A DNA stretch of 64,000 nucleotides from Candidatus Dormiibacterota bacterium (GCA_036564925.1 DATCOB010000025.1:6708-70707); one strand, 5' to 3'; shown: positions 9,801-19,827, counted from the first letter of the stretch. The notes: generated from the sequence alone by a model not told the origin. A program made the numbers and translations.

Positions 9801-10217
9801 ATGGCACCCCAAGCCCGCATCCTGATGGTCGAGGACAATCCGGATCTGGTTGACCTTTACCGGCTGAAGCTCCAACTGGAGGGCTACCGGGTGGCGGTGG
9901 CCGCCGACGGGGCTGCCGGACTCGAGTTGGCCCGTTCCCTTCGGCCGGATGCCATCCTTCTTGACGTCCACATGCCCCGCCTGGATGGGCTGCAGATGCT
10001 CGCCGCGCTTCGCGCCGATGAGGCGACCCGCGCCGTCCCCGTCGTCATGTTCAGCGATGACGACAGCCAGGAGGTCATTGCCGAGGCCCGCCGGCTGAGC
10101 GCAGCGGCCTATCTGGTCAAGTCGCGGCTGCTGCCGAGCGGCGTGAGCCAGGCCATCGCCGCCGTCCTCAGGGAAACGGTCGAGCCCAGTCAGGCCGCGG
10201 CCGTAAAAGCCTCCTGA
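9801..10217 (+). CDS. stand-alone response-regulator receiver (CheY-like) protein
   Basis: ILMVEDNPDL...DAILLDVHMPRLDG...VPVVMFSDDD; conserved Asp pocket; 138 aa; no output domain. Confidence 0.8.
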   Translation: MAPQARILMVEDNPDLVDLYRLKLQLEGYRVAVAADGAAGLELARSLRPDAILLDVHMPRLDGLQMLAALRADEATRAVPVVMFSDDDSQEVIAEARRLSAAAYLVKSRLLPSGVSQAIAAVLRETVEPSQAAAVKAS

Positions 10218-10222
10218 TCAGG

Positions 10223-10747
10223 CTACGGCTCGAGGATGTGCACCGCCGGGAGGTTCCGGTAAAGCTCGTCGTAGTCGAGCCCATATCCGACCACGAACTG
10301 GTTGGGGATGTCGAAGCCCTTGTAGCTGATCGGGACCGCCTTCTCGCGCCGCTCCTCCTTGTCGAGGAGGACGCAGAGTTTCAACGACGCGGGCTGGTGC
10401 CGCTGCACGTGCTCGAATAAAAAGGCGGTCGTCAGGCCGGTGTCGATGATGTCTTCGATCATCAGCACGTGGCGCGCCGCGACGTCCATGCCGAGATCCT
10501 TCATCAGTTGGACGTGGCCGGAGGAGACCGTGCCATGGCCGTAACTGCTGACGGCGACGTAGTCGAAGTTCACCGGTACGGTCAGGTGCCGGCTCAGGTC
10601 GGTGGCGAAACAGACCGACCCTTTAAGGACCGACAGCAGGATGAGCGGGCGATCGATCTCCGTGTAGTCGGCCGACACCTCCGCGGCCATCTCTCGCACC
10701 CGGCGCTGGATGTCGTCCGCACTGACGAGCTCACGACCCAGCTTCAA
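10223..10747 (-). CDS. hpt: hypoxanthine phosphoribosyltransferase
   Basis: PRT motif HVLMIEDIIDTGLTTAFL, 174 aa. Confidence 0.9.
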   Translation of the reverse strand: MKLGRELVSADDIQRRVREMAAEVSADYTEIDRPLILLSVLKGSVCFATDLSRHLTVPVNFDYVAVSSYGHGTVSSGHVQLMKDLGMDVAARHVLMIEDIIDTGLTTAFLFEHVQRHQPASLKLCVLLDKEERREKAVPISYKGFDIPNQFVVGYGLDYDELYRNLPAVHILEP

Positions 10748-10775
10748 AACGCGGCTAATTCTAACGGCCCAGCCG

Positions 10776-11378
10776 TCACTCGGTCGGGGCGATGAGAAAG
10801 ATCCAGATGTCCCAGGCCACGTGGCTGATGATCAGCGGGGCCATCCGTTGCTCGGCGGCGTAGACGAGGCCCCAAAAGACCCCCGCGGTCGCGGCCGCCC
10901 CGGTCAGGGTGAGGTTTTCTGAGACGAGGTGGATGCCACCGTAGATGGAGGACGCCACCAGCGCGGCGCCCACCCGCCCGAAACGGGGCTGCAGGCCGCG
11001 TTGCACCAACCCGCGCCAGAAGAGTTCCTCGCCCGGGCCAATGGCCAGGGCCAGCGCGGTCGCGATGGCCGCCTTCGGCGCCTGGGCGCGCAGCTCATAA
11101 ATCTGGCCGATCTCACGCTCGCCCGCCGGCATGATTCGCCGGGCCAGCCGATCGCCGACCTGAAACACGACATACAGGGCTCCGGCCGAGCCAAGCCCGG
11201 AGGCCAGATCACGCCAGCGTGGTCGCTCCCGCCGCAACGCCCGGTCGGTCAACAGCGCGAAGAGGCCGAGGCTGCCTACCCCGACCGTCATCCGCGGCCA
11301 GAACTGCGTCTTTGGGCCCCGAAAGGCGGCCGTCCACACGATGCCGGCCAGCCCGAGCCCCACCAGTAGCCGCCTCAT
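10776..11378 (-). CDS. CPBP-family intramembrane metalloprotease (CAAX protease-like)
   Basis: EELFWRG (EExxxR), FGGIHL (FxxxH), HVAWD motifs; ATGA overlap with upstream LLM-UbiA gene. Confidence 0.8.
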   Translation of the reverse strand: MRRLLVGLGLAGIVWTAAFRGPKTQFWPRMTVGVGSLGLFALLTDRALRRERPRWRDLASGLGSAGALYVVFQVGDRLARRIMPAGEREIGQIYELRAQAPKAAIATALALAIGPGEELFWRGLVQRGLQPRFGRVGAALVASSIYGGIHLVSENLTLTGAAATAGVFWGLVYAAEQRMAPLIISHVAWDIWIFLIAPTE

Positions 11379-13348
11379 TGCAGCATGGGCCCTGCGACCA
11401 GGCCGACCAGCAGCAGGGCGCCGAAGGCGGTGTGCAGCCGGGCCGTCATCAGGTCGATCATGGCGATCGCACGGAGACTGCCGCCGGCACCAAGCTCGGC
11501 GGCACGGAGGATCCAGGCCATCAACGGCAGGCTGAAGAGCGTGAGCAACGCAAGCCGCGGCAGCGTGCCGACCATCACCCCCACGCCGACGGCAACGTAG
11601 GCCCCGAGGACGAGCATCACGTAGATCCAGTGGGCCGCGTCCCGACCCACCTGCGCGGACAGGGTAGTGAATCCATGGCGGGTGTCCTCAGCGACGTCGC
11701 GCCACTCGTTGCCGTGGAGAATCGCCGTAACGAGCAGTCCCACCGGAAGCGACACGACCAGCAGACGTGCATCGAAGAGCCCGGTCACCGCGAAGTAGGC
11801 ACCCAGCACGATCAGCGGACCCATCAGTACGAAGACCAGGGGCAAGCCGAGGGCGCGGTACTTGTACTGGAATGGTGGGGCCGTGTAGAAATAGCCACCG
11901 ACGAACCCGATGATCCCCAGGACGAGGATCGGCCAGCCTCGGTTGACCAGCAGGTAAAGCCCGAGCATCGCCGCGATGAGAAAACCGGCCCACGCCGTGA
12001 TGAAGGCGCCGCGCTCGGTGATCCGGCCCTTCAAGATAGCCATGGACATGCGGGGTGACGTGATCGAGTCGATCCCATGCCGGACGTCGTAGATCTCGTT
12101 GATCACGTTGGTACCGATGTGGAGCCCCAGCGCACCGAACAACGCAGCCAGGAAGAGCAGCCAGTGCATCCGCCCCTGCCGTAGCGCGATCGCGCCGCCC
12201 ACCGCGACGGGGAGGAGGGAGGCGGTGAAGCTGAACGGCCGAACGAGTTCCCAGGCGCCCGCGGCGCGGCGGCCGAATCGAGCGACCGGCCCCAGCCGAT
12301 CGAGGGCGCCCGCCGCGGCAGCTGCCGGGACGACGCCGCCGGAGGCGCCCCGGGCGCCGTACTCGACGGCGGCCGCCAGCACCGCGGTCACCTGCGCCTC
12401 CTCCTGCAGGATCGGCTGCAACAACGGCACGGTCATCCCCGCCTCGTGGTAGGCGGCGGCACGCGCGGCCACGTCGGAGACAGTGCCACAGAGGATAAAA
12501 GCGTCCAGCAGCTCGTCCGGGATCAATGCCCCGGCCTTGTGGTAATCCTCGGCCCGCCACGCTGCCGCGATCTCGTTGCGCAGGGCGGGATCGAAGCCGA
12601 CGCGCTTCAGCGATACGTCGCTCAGCACGGAGATCATGTAGATGACGAACGGCTCGCGCTTGGCCCGGTTCAGCGCGTCGCGCCGGCTGCTGTCGATCAG
12701 GGCGAGCAGGTAGCCCCGGAAATCGATGTCGTCGGGCGAGCGACCGTGGCTCGCGGCGGTCTCCAGGATCCGCGCCCGCATCTTCTGGAAGGCGGGCAGC
12801 GACTCGGCGGGTCGGGCCAGGTAGCCGTCGGCCTTTTGGCCGCATAGATCGAGGAACGGCGTGCGGTAGGCGGCGATGTAGATCGGGATTCGATGGGGCG
12901 GCTGAAACATTGGTTGCAGGGGGGGGACCCTGTCGTTGAGCACCAGGCGCTCGCCGCGCCAGAGGGCGCGGACCTGGTCGATCGCGTCCGAGACGCGGGC
13001 GACCGTGTCGTCGTATGGGATCGCCATCTGGGAGAGGCGAAGCGGGAGGCCGCTGCCGACGGCGAGGGTGCAGCGCCGCGGCGCGAGGTCGTCCAGCGCG
13101 GACATGGTCATGGCCAGCACGACCGGATGCCGCGTGTAGGGATTCAGCGCCCCGGCTGCGAGGCCGACCCGGTTGGTCTCGAGCCCCATGGCCGAGAGGT
13201 AGGTGATGGGATCCCGCTCGAAATAGCTGTCATGGACCCAGACCGAATCGAGTCCGAGCTCCTCGGCGCGGCGGGCCCATCGCGCGGCCTCGCGGACGTC
13301 CCCCCGAGCCGCGAGCCCCAACCCGACTCGGAACGCGAGCTCTGCCAC
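11375..13348 (-). CDS. fusion protein: N-terminal LLM-class (luciferase-like) flavin/F420-dependent oxidoreductase + C-terminal UbiA/MenA-family prenyltransferase
   Basis: Single 657-aa ORF. aa 1-~340 LLM fold (FRVGLGLAARG...LDSVWVHDSYFERDPITYLSAM...); aa ~370-657 polytopic UbiA-family with Asp-rich NVINEIYDVRHGID motif and MenA-like TM pattern. Confidence 0.75.
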   Translation of the reverse strand: MAELAFRVGLGLAARGDVREAARWARRAEELGLDSVWVHDSYFERDPITYLSAMGLETNRVGLAAGALNPYTRHPVVLAMTMSALDDLAPRRCTLAVGSGLPLRLSQMAIPYDDTVARVSDAIDQVRALWRGERLVLNDRVPPLQPMFQPPHRIPIYIAAYRTPFLDLCGQKADGYLARPAESLPAFQKMRARILETAASHGRSPDDIDFRGYLLALIDSSRRDALNRAKREPFVIYMISVLSDVSLKRVGFDPALRNEIAAAWRAEDYHKAGALIPDELLDAFILCGTVSDVAARAAAYHEAGMTVPLLQPILQEEAQVTAVLAAAVEYGARGASGGVVPAAAAAGALDRLGPVARFGRRAAGAWELVRPFSFTASLLPVAVGGAIALRQGRMHWLLFLAALFGALGLHIGTNVINEIYDVRHGIDSITSPRMSMAILKGRITERGAFITAWAGFLIAAMLGLYLLVNRGWPILVLGIIGFVGGYFYTAPPFQYKYRALGLPLVFVLMGPLIVLGAYFAVTGLFDARLLVVSLPVGLLVTAILHGNEWRDVAEDTRHGFTTLSAQVGRDAAHWIYVMLVLGAYVAVGVGVMVGTLPRLALLTLFSLPLMAWILRAAELGAGGSLRAIAMIDLMTARLHTAFGALLLVGLVAGPMLQ

Positions 13349-13415
13349 CGCTTCACCGTACCCCAGCGCGCCTCAACCCTGCAATCGGGATTGCGCTTGA
13401 TCTCATAATCGACTC

Positions 13416-14114
13416 ATGGGTCAGGAGGCTCGTGCCGACCGTATCCGCGAGATGTTTGACCAGATCGCGCAGGGGTACGACCGGCGGAACCGGCTCTTCA
13501 GCCTTGACCGGGATGGGGGCTGGCGCCGGCGTGCTGCCCGGCTTGCCAACCTGAATCCGGGCGGCACGGCACTGGACCTGTGTTGCGGGACGGGCAAGCT
13601 GGCGCACGAACTGCTGCCCTACGTCCGCCCGGGGGGCCGGGTGATCGGCATGGACTTCTCGACCGCCATGCTCGACCTGGCGCGCGGACTCGAACCCGAC
13701 GTGGAGTTCGTGCTGGGGGACGCCAGCCACCTTTCCTATCCGGACGCGAGCGTCGATGCGGTCACCATCGGCTTCGGGCTACGCAATCTCGTCGACCGTG
13801 ACGGCGCGCTGAAGGAAATGTTTCGCGTCCTCCGGCCCGGTGGCCGGCTGGTGGTGCTCGAGCTTCCACCTCCGCCTCGCGGACCGTTGCTGCGACCGTA
13901 CCGCTTTTACCTGACGCGGGTCATGCCGGCGATCGCGGGGGCGCTCAAGCGGGGGGAGGACCAGGCCTACCGGTACCTGTCGGAGAGCGTCCAGGCGTTC
14001 CCGACCCCATCGGAACTTCGCGAGCAGATGCGCGCCCTGGGATTTGGGCCGGTCGTGGTCGAACGAATGACATTTGGCATCGCCGCCATCCACGTGGCCA
14101 CCCGTCCGTCGTAG
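13416..14114 (+). CDS. menG: demethylmenaquinone/ubiquinone C-methyltransferase (MenG/UbiE)
   Basis: Class I SAM MTase; UbiE signature N-terminus RIREMFDQIAQGYDRRNRLFS, LDLCCGTGKL; 232 aa. Confidence 0.85.
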   Translation: MGQEARADRIREMFDQIAQGYDRRNRLFSLDRDGGWRRRAARLANLNPGGTALDLCCGTGKLAHELLPYVRPGGRVIGMDFSTAMLDLARGLEPDVEFVLGDASHLSYPDASVDAVTIGFGLRNLVDRDGALKEMFRVLRPGGRLVVLELPPPPRGPLLRPYRFYLTRVMPAIAGALKRGEDQAYRYLSESVQAFPTPSELREQMRALGFGPVVVERMTFGIAAIHVATRPS

Positions 14115-14137
14115 TCGCACCGCCCTAGACTGAGCGC

Positions 14138-14785
14138 ATGCCCTCGCTCTGGGCGGCGCCCAACTTGTTGAGCTTCTCGCGCATCGTTGCCGCGCCCATC
14201 ATCTACGCGCTCATCGTGTCCTCTGCCCGCTACGGTTTTCTGCTCGCCCTCATCCTCTTCATCGCCGCGTCCCTGACCGATACGGTCGATGGCGAGATCG
14301 CCCGACGGCGGGGCCTCGTCTCTGCGCTGGGCATCTACCTCGACACGACCTCCGACAAGATCCTGATCGCGGTGCTTCTCATTGGGCTCGCCGTCGAGCA
14401 CCTGGCTCCCGGATGGATGGCGGCCGTCATCATCGCGCGCGAGTTCCTCGTCACGGGGCTCCGCAGTTACGCGGCGGCGCTGGGCGTGGTCATTCCCGCG
14501 GGCGGCTGGGGTAAGGCGAAGACCCTGATCACGATCGTGGCGCTGATCATGGTCCTCCTCGCCGGGGATGCGCAGCACGGCGGACTGCTATCGGCCAACG
14601 CGCCACCGGGCAGCGCGCTGCTCAGTCCGCTCGGCCCGTTCACAGCGCCGGTCTGGGCCTTGCTCATCGCCGTCATCTGGACGATCGGATCGGGGCTCGA
14701 ATACATTCGTGGGGCGATCCCCCTGCTGACCCGACCCGCTCCGCCGACGCCGCGCGCCGTGGCCCGCGCGGCTGAAGACCCCTGA
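14138..14785 (+). CDS. pgsA: CDP-alcohol phosphatidyltransferase (PgsA-like)
   Basis: PNLLSFSRIV...DTVDGEIARRRGLVSALGIYLDTTSDKIL (DG..AR...G..LD...D motif). Confidence 0.8.
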   Translation: MPSLWAAPNLLSFSRIVAAPIIYALIVSSARYGFLLALILFIAASLTDTVDGEIARRRGLVSALGIYLDTTSDKILIAVLLIGLAVEHLAPGWMAAVIIAREFLVTGLRSYAAALGVVIPAGGWGKAKTLITIVALIMVLLAGDAQHGGLLSANAPPGSALLSPLGPFTAPVWALLIAVIWTIGSGLEYIRGAIPLLTRPAPPTPRAVARAAEDP

Positions 14786-14797
14786 TCGTTCGACCTT

Positions 14798-15868
14798 TTA
14801 GAGGCGGGTGGCGGTTCGCAACAACTCCTTGAGGCGATCAGGGTGGCGGCGGTATCGTTCCCGCTCGGATGGCGATTTGGTTGCCTTTTCCAGCAGGGCC
14901 CAGAGCACGGAGTTGACCGGCGTTGGAACCTCGCAACGACGGCCGGCGTCGACCACCGCGCCGTTCAGGAATGCCGCCTCCGTCTGGCCCTTCCCCCGAC
15001 TGAGGTCCCACCATAGCGAGGGCATCTTGTTGCCGCGGGCGCCCCCGACCCGGGGCTCGAGGATCATCTGCGCCAGCAACGGTGGCAGGTTCATGACGCG
15101 GCGGACGGTCGGCACCGGAAAGCCAGGTAGAGCGACCACGGGCAGCCGCATCCGTTCCATCACGCCGGCCGCCTCCAAAAACGCCGCGCGCTCATAGCGG
15201 AACAGCTCGCGGTCGGCAAAGACGTGGCTCGGCGGGAGGTCGAGGATGGCGCTCTGGGCGTTGCCCAGGATGTTGAGCAGCAGCTTTGACCACTTCATGG
15301 CGCGAAAATCGGTGTACCGTCGGGCCTTCAGGCCCGCGTCGCTGAGTTTGCGGACCAGCGGACCGACGTTGACCTCGGGCGAGACGGGAGCCAGGGCGAC
15401 CCCGCCGCGGCGGGAATGCTGGTGAACGAGGCCGGGCTCGTCGAGGCTGACCGGCAGGGTCAGGCTGCCGGCGAGCAGGGCCTGATCGGGAAGTGCCGTC
15501 GCGATCGTCTCTTCGTTACCGACCCCGTTCTGGAAGCTGCCCAGGATGGTCCGTGCTCGCAGTAGCGGCTCCAGCTGCTCGATCGCATCCAGGGTGTCGT
15601 AGCCCTTGACCGTCAGGAAGATGTAGTCGAATGGACCTCCGGCCTCGGCCACACTCTGCCGGGCGGCGCGAACCGATTGGTTGCTGACCTTGCCCGCCAC
15701 CATGGTGCGGACGCCTTCCCGCGTCACCGCCTCGACGTGTGAGGGGCGACCGACCAGGGTGACCTCGCTCCCGCCGGCGGCCAGCCGGGCCCCGAGGAGG
15801 GAGCCGACCGCGCCGGCACCAAAGAAGAGGAACCGCGGCACCGGGGCAGGGCCCCGTCGGTCGGTCAT
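14798..15868 (-). CDS. panE: 2-dehydropantoate 2-reductase (ApbA/PanE family)
   Basis: Rossmann FFGAGAVGSLLGARLA; ApbA_C domain; 356 aa. Confidence 0.8.
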   Translation of the reverse strand: MTDRRGPAPVPRFLFFGAGAVGSLLGARLAAGGSEVTLVGRPSHVEAVTREGVRTMVAGKVSNQSVRAARQSVAEAGGPFDYIFLTVKGYDTLDAIEQLEPLLRARTILGSFQNGVGNEETIATALPDQALLAGSLTLPVSLDEPGLVHQHSRRGGVALAPVSPEVNVGPLVRKLSDAGLKARRYTDFRAMKWSKLLLNILGNAQSAILDLPPSHVFADRELFRYERAAFLEAAGVMERMRLPVVALPGFPVPTVRRVMNLPPLLAQMILEPRVGGARGNKMPSLWWDLSRGKGQTEAAFLNGAVVDAGRRCEVPTPVNSVLWALLEKATKSPSERERYRRHPDRLKELLRTATRL

Positions 15869-16492
15869 CTAGGGCGTGGTGATCTTGAGTTCGCGGCCCG
15901 TGGCCAGCCGTCCGATGTTGCTCCGATGACGGTAGAAGACCAGTCCGGCCAGGGCGATGCCCAGCAAGATCACCGACCATCCGACGGGACGCCACGCCTG
16001 CCATCCGATCAGGTGGAGAATGACGAGGCTGACGAATGCGATGGACACGGCGACCAGCGAGGCCAGCGAGGCCAGCCTCGTGAGCCGGATCACAAAGACC
16101 CAGGCGAGGGCGCTCAGGATCAGGGCGACCGGTGCCAGGACCAACATCACGCCACCGGAGGTGGCCACCCCCTTCCCGCCGCGGAACCCAAGGTACAGCG
16201 ACCAGGTATGCCCGATAACGGCCGCAAGCCCGATCAGCGGCAGCGTCACCTCGGGCGCATCCGCACCGACGATGATCCCGGTCAACACGGGAATGACGCC
16301 TTTCAGCCCATCGGCGATCAGGGTCGTGGCGAAGGCCCCGGCTCCGCCGGCGCGGTACACGTTGGCGGCCCCGATATTGCCGCTGCCCAGGGTGCGAACA
16401 TCCTGGTTTCGGTAGATTTTCATCACGAGCCAGCCCGAAGGCACCGAGCCAAGAAGGTAGCCGAAGGCCAGCAGGGCGAGCACTTTCACCAT
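15869..16492 (-). CDS. plsY: glycerol-3-phosphate acyltransferase PlsY
   Basis: LLGSVPSGWL...GSGNIGAANVYRAGG signature; 207 aa. Confidence 0.9.
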   Translation of the reverse strand: MVKVLALLAFGYLLGSVPSGWLVMKIYRNQDVRTLGSGNIGAANVYRAGGAGAFATTLIADGLKGVIPVLTGIIVGADAPEVTLPLIGLAAVIGHTWSLYLGFRGGKGVATSGGVMLVLAPVALILSALAWVFVIRLTRLASLASLVAVSIAFVSLVILHLIGWQAWRPVGWSVILLGIALAGLVFYRHRSNIGRLATGRELKITTP

Positions 16493-16557
16493 GGGGCGTC
16501 CGCGAACGGACGCCTTCCACTATACCGCCGACCTCTCTCGATTTCAGTGGTTCCGGG

Positions 16558-17682
16558 TTACTGTCCCGAGGCGAGGACGGCCGGCAATTCCAGAATGAAT
16601 TCGCTCCCGGCGGCAGGCCGGCTGTGGACGGCGACCCGGCCCTGGTGGGCCAGCGCAACCTCCGAAACCAGGTAGAGGCCAATTCCCATCCCGACCAGGT
16701 GCCGGTTCTGCTCGGTCTCGATCCGGCTGAAGCGTTTGAAGAGGAGCCCCTGGTCCGAAGGATGGATGCCGAAGCCATCGTCCACCACGCTGACACGCCA
16801 ACGTTCGTCCGCGCGGGTGACCGCTAGGTCGATGCGCCCGGTCGGTCCCGGTCGGAACCGGATGGCATTGTCGAGAAGCTCACGCAAAGCCAGCCCGAGC
16901 CAGTAATCGCTGCCCGGCACCCACGCGGCGGCTGCGGCGAACTGCAGATCGATGGCCAGGTCGCCAAACCGCCGTCGCAACTCGTCGACCATCGGGCCCA
17001 GCAGGCCGATGAGGTCGACCGCATCGGTGGGTAGCGACGGGCCGAGCTCGTCGATACGGGCCATCAATGACATGTCCATGATGAGCCGGCTCAGTTGCTT
17101 GGCCTTCTCGTAGATGCGCAGGCCGGCAAGTCGCTGGTGTTCGGGGCTCAGGCCGCCGGGCGCCAGCAACGAGGCGTATCCGTGGATCACCGCCAGCGGT
17201 GTCCGCAACTCGTGCGCGGCCATGTGGAGAAACTCGGTCTTGGTCGCGTTCGCCTCATAAAGCCGCCCCAGCTCGTTATCGGGCAGGGTCGGCGCACTGA
17301 CGACGAGTCCCACCAGCAGGTGCTCGACAGCCTGGTCGTTTCCCGTGAGCGGGCGGATGAACCACAGCCATTGCCGGGTGCCGATGACCACGGTCGTCTC
17401 GAACGGGCGATGCCGGCGGGCGACGGCGCGGTAAGGCCGAGGGTCGGAGAGGGGATGGGCCGGGGGTGTCAGATCCACCACCGGCAGACCCACCGCGTCC
17501 CGAGGGTCGCGACTCAAGGCGTTACCCATCAGTTCGTTCAGGGTCAGCACCCGCAGGTCGGTCGCCTGCACGATCGCCACCGGGATCGGCATGGCCTGGA
17601 GCAGCTCGGTAACGGGTGTGGCGAAGCGCTCGGACAGGGCCGTTTCAAGCAGTTGCGCGAGCGCTTCGGAGCGGCGGTCCAC
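16558..17682 (-). CDS. cytoplasmic sensor histidine kinase (PAS-like + HisKA + HATPase)
   Basis: H-box FLHMAAHELRTPLAVIHGY, HATPase_c C-terminus; start set at GTG 17682 (GGAGG 10 nt upstream) because the longer ORF would run through the divergent PaaI gene. Confidence 0.7.
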   Translation of the reverse strand: MDRRSEALAQLLETALSERFATPVTELLQAMPIPVAIVQATDLRVLTLNELMGNALSRDPRDAVGLPVVDLTPPAHPLSDPRPYRAVARRHRPFETTVVIGTRQWLWFIRPLTGNDQAVEHLLVGLVVSAPTLPDNELGRLYEANATKTEFLHMAAHELRTPLAVIHGYASLLAPGGLSPEHQRLAGLRIYEKAKQLSRLIMDMSLMARIDELGPSLPTDAVDLIGLLGPMVDELRRRFGDLAIDLQFAAAAAWVPGSDYWLGLALRELLDNAIRFRPGPTGRIDLAVTRADERWRVSVVDDGFGIHPSDQGLLFKRFSRIETEQNRHLVGMGIGLYLVSEVALAHQGRVAVHSRPAAGSEFILELPAVLASGQ

Positions 17683-17724
17683 TGATCGATCGCCTCCAGA
17701 TCGGCTGATAGACTGGTCCAGCCC

Positions 17725-18198
17725 GTGCGAGACCCCGACCGACTCAATGATGAAAGCACATATCAGCGGTGTTACGCCTGCGGTCACCGAAATCCGAGCG
17801 GTCTCCAAATGGTCTTCCGGCGAGAAGGTGACCGGGTGGTCGCCGACTTCACCCCGGAGGAACGGCACCAGGGGTTCCCGGGCGTGCTTCACGGCGGGGT
17901 CATCGCTACCCTCCTGGACGAGACCATGGGCCGGACCGGCGCGCTTCGGCAGGAGTGGCTGATGACGGGAAAGCTGGATATTCGTTACCGGAAGCCGGCC
18001 CCCATCGACCGGACCCTGCGGGTCTGGGGCGAGATCGTTCGCGAGCGCGCCGGCGCGGTCGATGCCGTGGGAGCGGTGGAGCTCGTGGATGGCACCGTCG
18101 TGGCGGACGCGCGAGGGATGTTCCTGCGACTTCCCGAGCCGCTCCTGGCAGAGACCGTGGCCCAGTACCCGGAATTCATCAACTACTGGCAACGATAG
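17725..18198 (+). CDS. PaaI-family hotdog-fold thioesterase
   Basis: GFPGVLHGGVIATLLDETMG hotdog signature; N-terminal CxxC...H zinc-ribbon-like segment; GTG start. Confidence 0.8.
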   Translation: MRDPDRLNDESTYQRCYACGHRNPSGLQMVFRREGDRVVADFTPEERHQGFPGVLHGGVIATLLDETMGRTGALRQEWLMTGKLDIRYRKPAPIDRTLRVWGEIVRERAGAVDAVGAVELVDGTVVADARGMFLRLPEPLLAETVAQYPEFINYWQR

Positions 18199-18199
18199 G

Positions 18200-19348
18200 G
18201 TGCCTCGGTCCCACCTCTTCGGTCCGGAACACGACGAGTTCCGGGGTACCGTCCGGCGTATCGTTGAGAAAGAGATTCGGCCGCACGTCGAGGCCTGGGA
18301 AGAGGCGCAGCAATTCCCTCGCGATCTCTTCGCCAGATTTGGCGCGCTCGACCTTCTCGGTCTGAAGTACCCCGAGCCGTATGGCGGAACCGACGCCGGC
18401 GTCCTCTACGAAGCGGTGCTCTTCGAGGAGCTGGCCCGGTGTGGGTCGGCCGGTGTGGCGGCCGGCATCGGCGCGCATGTGGCGATCGCCACGCCTCCCC
18501 TGTTCCAGTTCGGGACCGAGGAGCAGCGGCGCCGATGGCTGGCGCCGGCCATCAAGGGCGAGAAGATCGTGGCGCTTGGCGTGACCGAGCCCTCCGGCGG
18601 TTCGGACATCGCGCATGTGGAGATGACGGCCCGGCGGGACGGCGACGCCTACGTCGTCAACGGCAGCAAGATGTTCATCACCAACGGGGTGCAGGCCGAC
18701 GTGGTGGTGCTGCTGGCTCGCACGATGCCCGAAGGTGGGCATCATGGGCTGTCCATGCTCGTGGCCGAGCGCGGCACTCCCGGCTTTTCCGTGGGGCGCA
18801 AGTTGAACAAGCTGGGCTGGCGCGCGTCGGACACCGCCGAGCTGGTCTTCCAGGACTGCCGGATCCCGGTGGACAACCGCCTTGGCGAGGAGAACCGCGG
18901 GTTCTACCTGGCGGTCGCCAACTTCGAGTGGGAGCGGTTGTGGATCGCCCTCGGCGCCGTCGAGGCGGCCCAGCGCAGCATGGAGCTGGCCATCGATTAT
19001 GCGGGCAACCGCGTGCAGTTCGGCAAGACGCTCAGCTCGATGCCGATCATCCGCCACAAGCTCGCCGATATGGCGCTGATGATCGAGCAAGCCCGGCAGC
19101 TGACCTACCACGCCGTGTGGTTGCACACCCAGAAGGTCCCCTGCGGGAAAGAGGTGGCGATGGCCAAGGTCGCGGCCACCGAGGCGGACGTCAAAGCCGC
19201 GGACCAGTCGCTCCAGATCCATGGCGGCTACGGCTACATGATGGAGTATCCGATCCAGCGCGCCTGGCGCGATGCCCGGCTGGGCCCCATCGGAGCCGGG
19301 ACCAACGAAATCATGCGCGAGATCATCGCCAAAGAAATGGACCTCTAA
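18200..19348 (+). CDS. acyl-CoA dehydrogenase
   Basis: ACAD N/M/C domains (GVTEPSGGSDIAHVEMTA, YVVNGSKMFITNG, QIHGGYGYMMEYPIQRAWRDARL); GTG start 2 nt after PaaI stop. Confidence 0.85.
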   Translation: MPRSHLFGPEHDEFRGTVRRIVEKEIRPHVEAWEEAQQFPRDLFARFGALDLLGLKYPEPYGGTDAGVLYEAVLFEELARCGSAGVAAGIGAHVAIATPPLFQFGTEEQRRRWLAPAIKGEKIVALGVTEPSGGSDIAHVEMTARRDGDAYVVNGSKMFITNGVQADVVVLLARTMPEGGHHGLSMLVAERGTPGFSVGRKLNKLGWRASDTAELVFQDCRIPVDNRLGEENRGFYLAVANFEWERLWIALGAVEAAQRSMELAIDYAGNRVQFGKTLSSMPIIRHKLADMALMIEQARQLTYHAVWLHTQKVPCGKEVAMAKVAATEADVKAADQSLQIHGGYGYMMEYPIQRAWRDARLGPIGAGTNEIMREIIAKEMDL

Positions 19349-19373
19349 AACGGTCGCCGTCCAGCAGGAGATC

Positions 19374-19784
19374 GTGATCGCGCGCAGCGCCGAGGACGTC
19401 TTTGCGGAGCTCATTGATTTCGGCCCCGGGTCCTGCTGGTACACGGCGGTCACGCGGGAGGAGCACACGCCACCTGGACTCATCATCGCGGGGACCCAGA
19501 TCACCCAGTTCCGTGACGAGCGCGGCCGGGAGGCGATGACGCGGTATCTGGTCCGGGAGCTCGCGCCGGGCCGCCTGCTGACCCTGGAGTCAGTCGCGGC
19601 GAGCCCCGAGTCGTCGATTCATTACGTGCTCTCCGAGGTGCCCGAGGGGGTTCGGCTCATGTGCTCCATCGCCGTCCAGACCGGCGGACTCCTCAAGCTG
19701 GTGGAGTCACGGCTGCGCCGCGACCTCGATGGCAAGCTGGCGCAGACACTGGAAACGTTTCGCTCTGCCGTCGAGCACCCGTAG
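19374..19784 (+). CDS. SRPBCC (START/polyketide-cyclase-like) family protein
   Basis: SRPBCC-like N-terminus [20 protein letters not shown]; start uncertain (GTG 19374 or upstream ATG overlapping ACAD). Confidence 0.55.
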   Translation: MIARSAEDVFAELIDFGPGSCWYTAVTREEHTPPGLIIAGTQITQFRDERGREAMTRYLVRELAPGRLLTLESVAASPESSIHYVLSEVPEGVRLMCSIAVQTGGLLKLVESRLRRDLDGKLAQTLETFRSAVEHP

Positions 19785-19827
19785 CGAGAGGTTTCCGGCC
19801 AAGGAGAGCTGGCTAGACTCAAGAGCG

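Noticed and set aside
16558-18192. 544-aa version of the histidine kinase
   Set aside because: Would overlap the divergent PaaI thioesterase gene by ~470 nt. An internal GTG with a GGAGG SD gives a 375-aa kinase that retains all domains.
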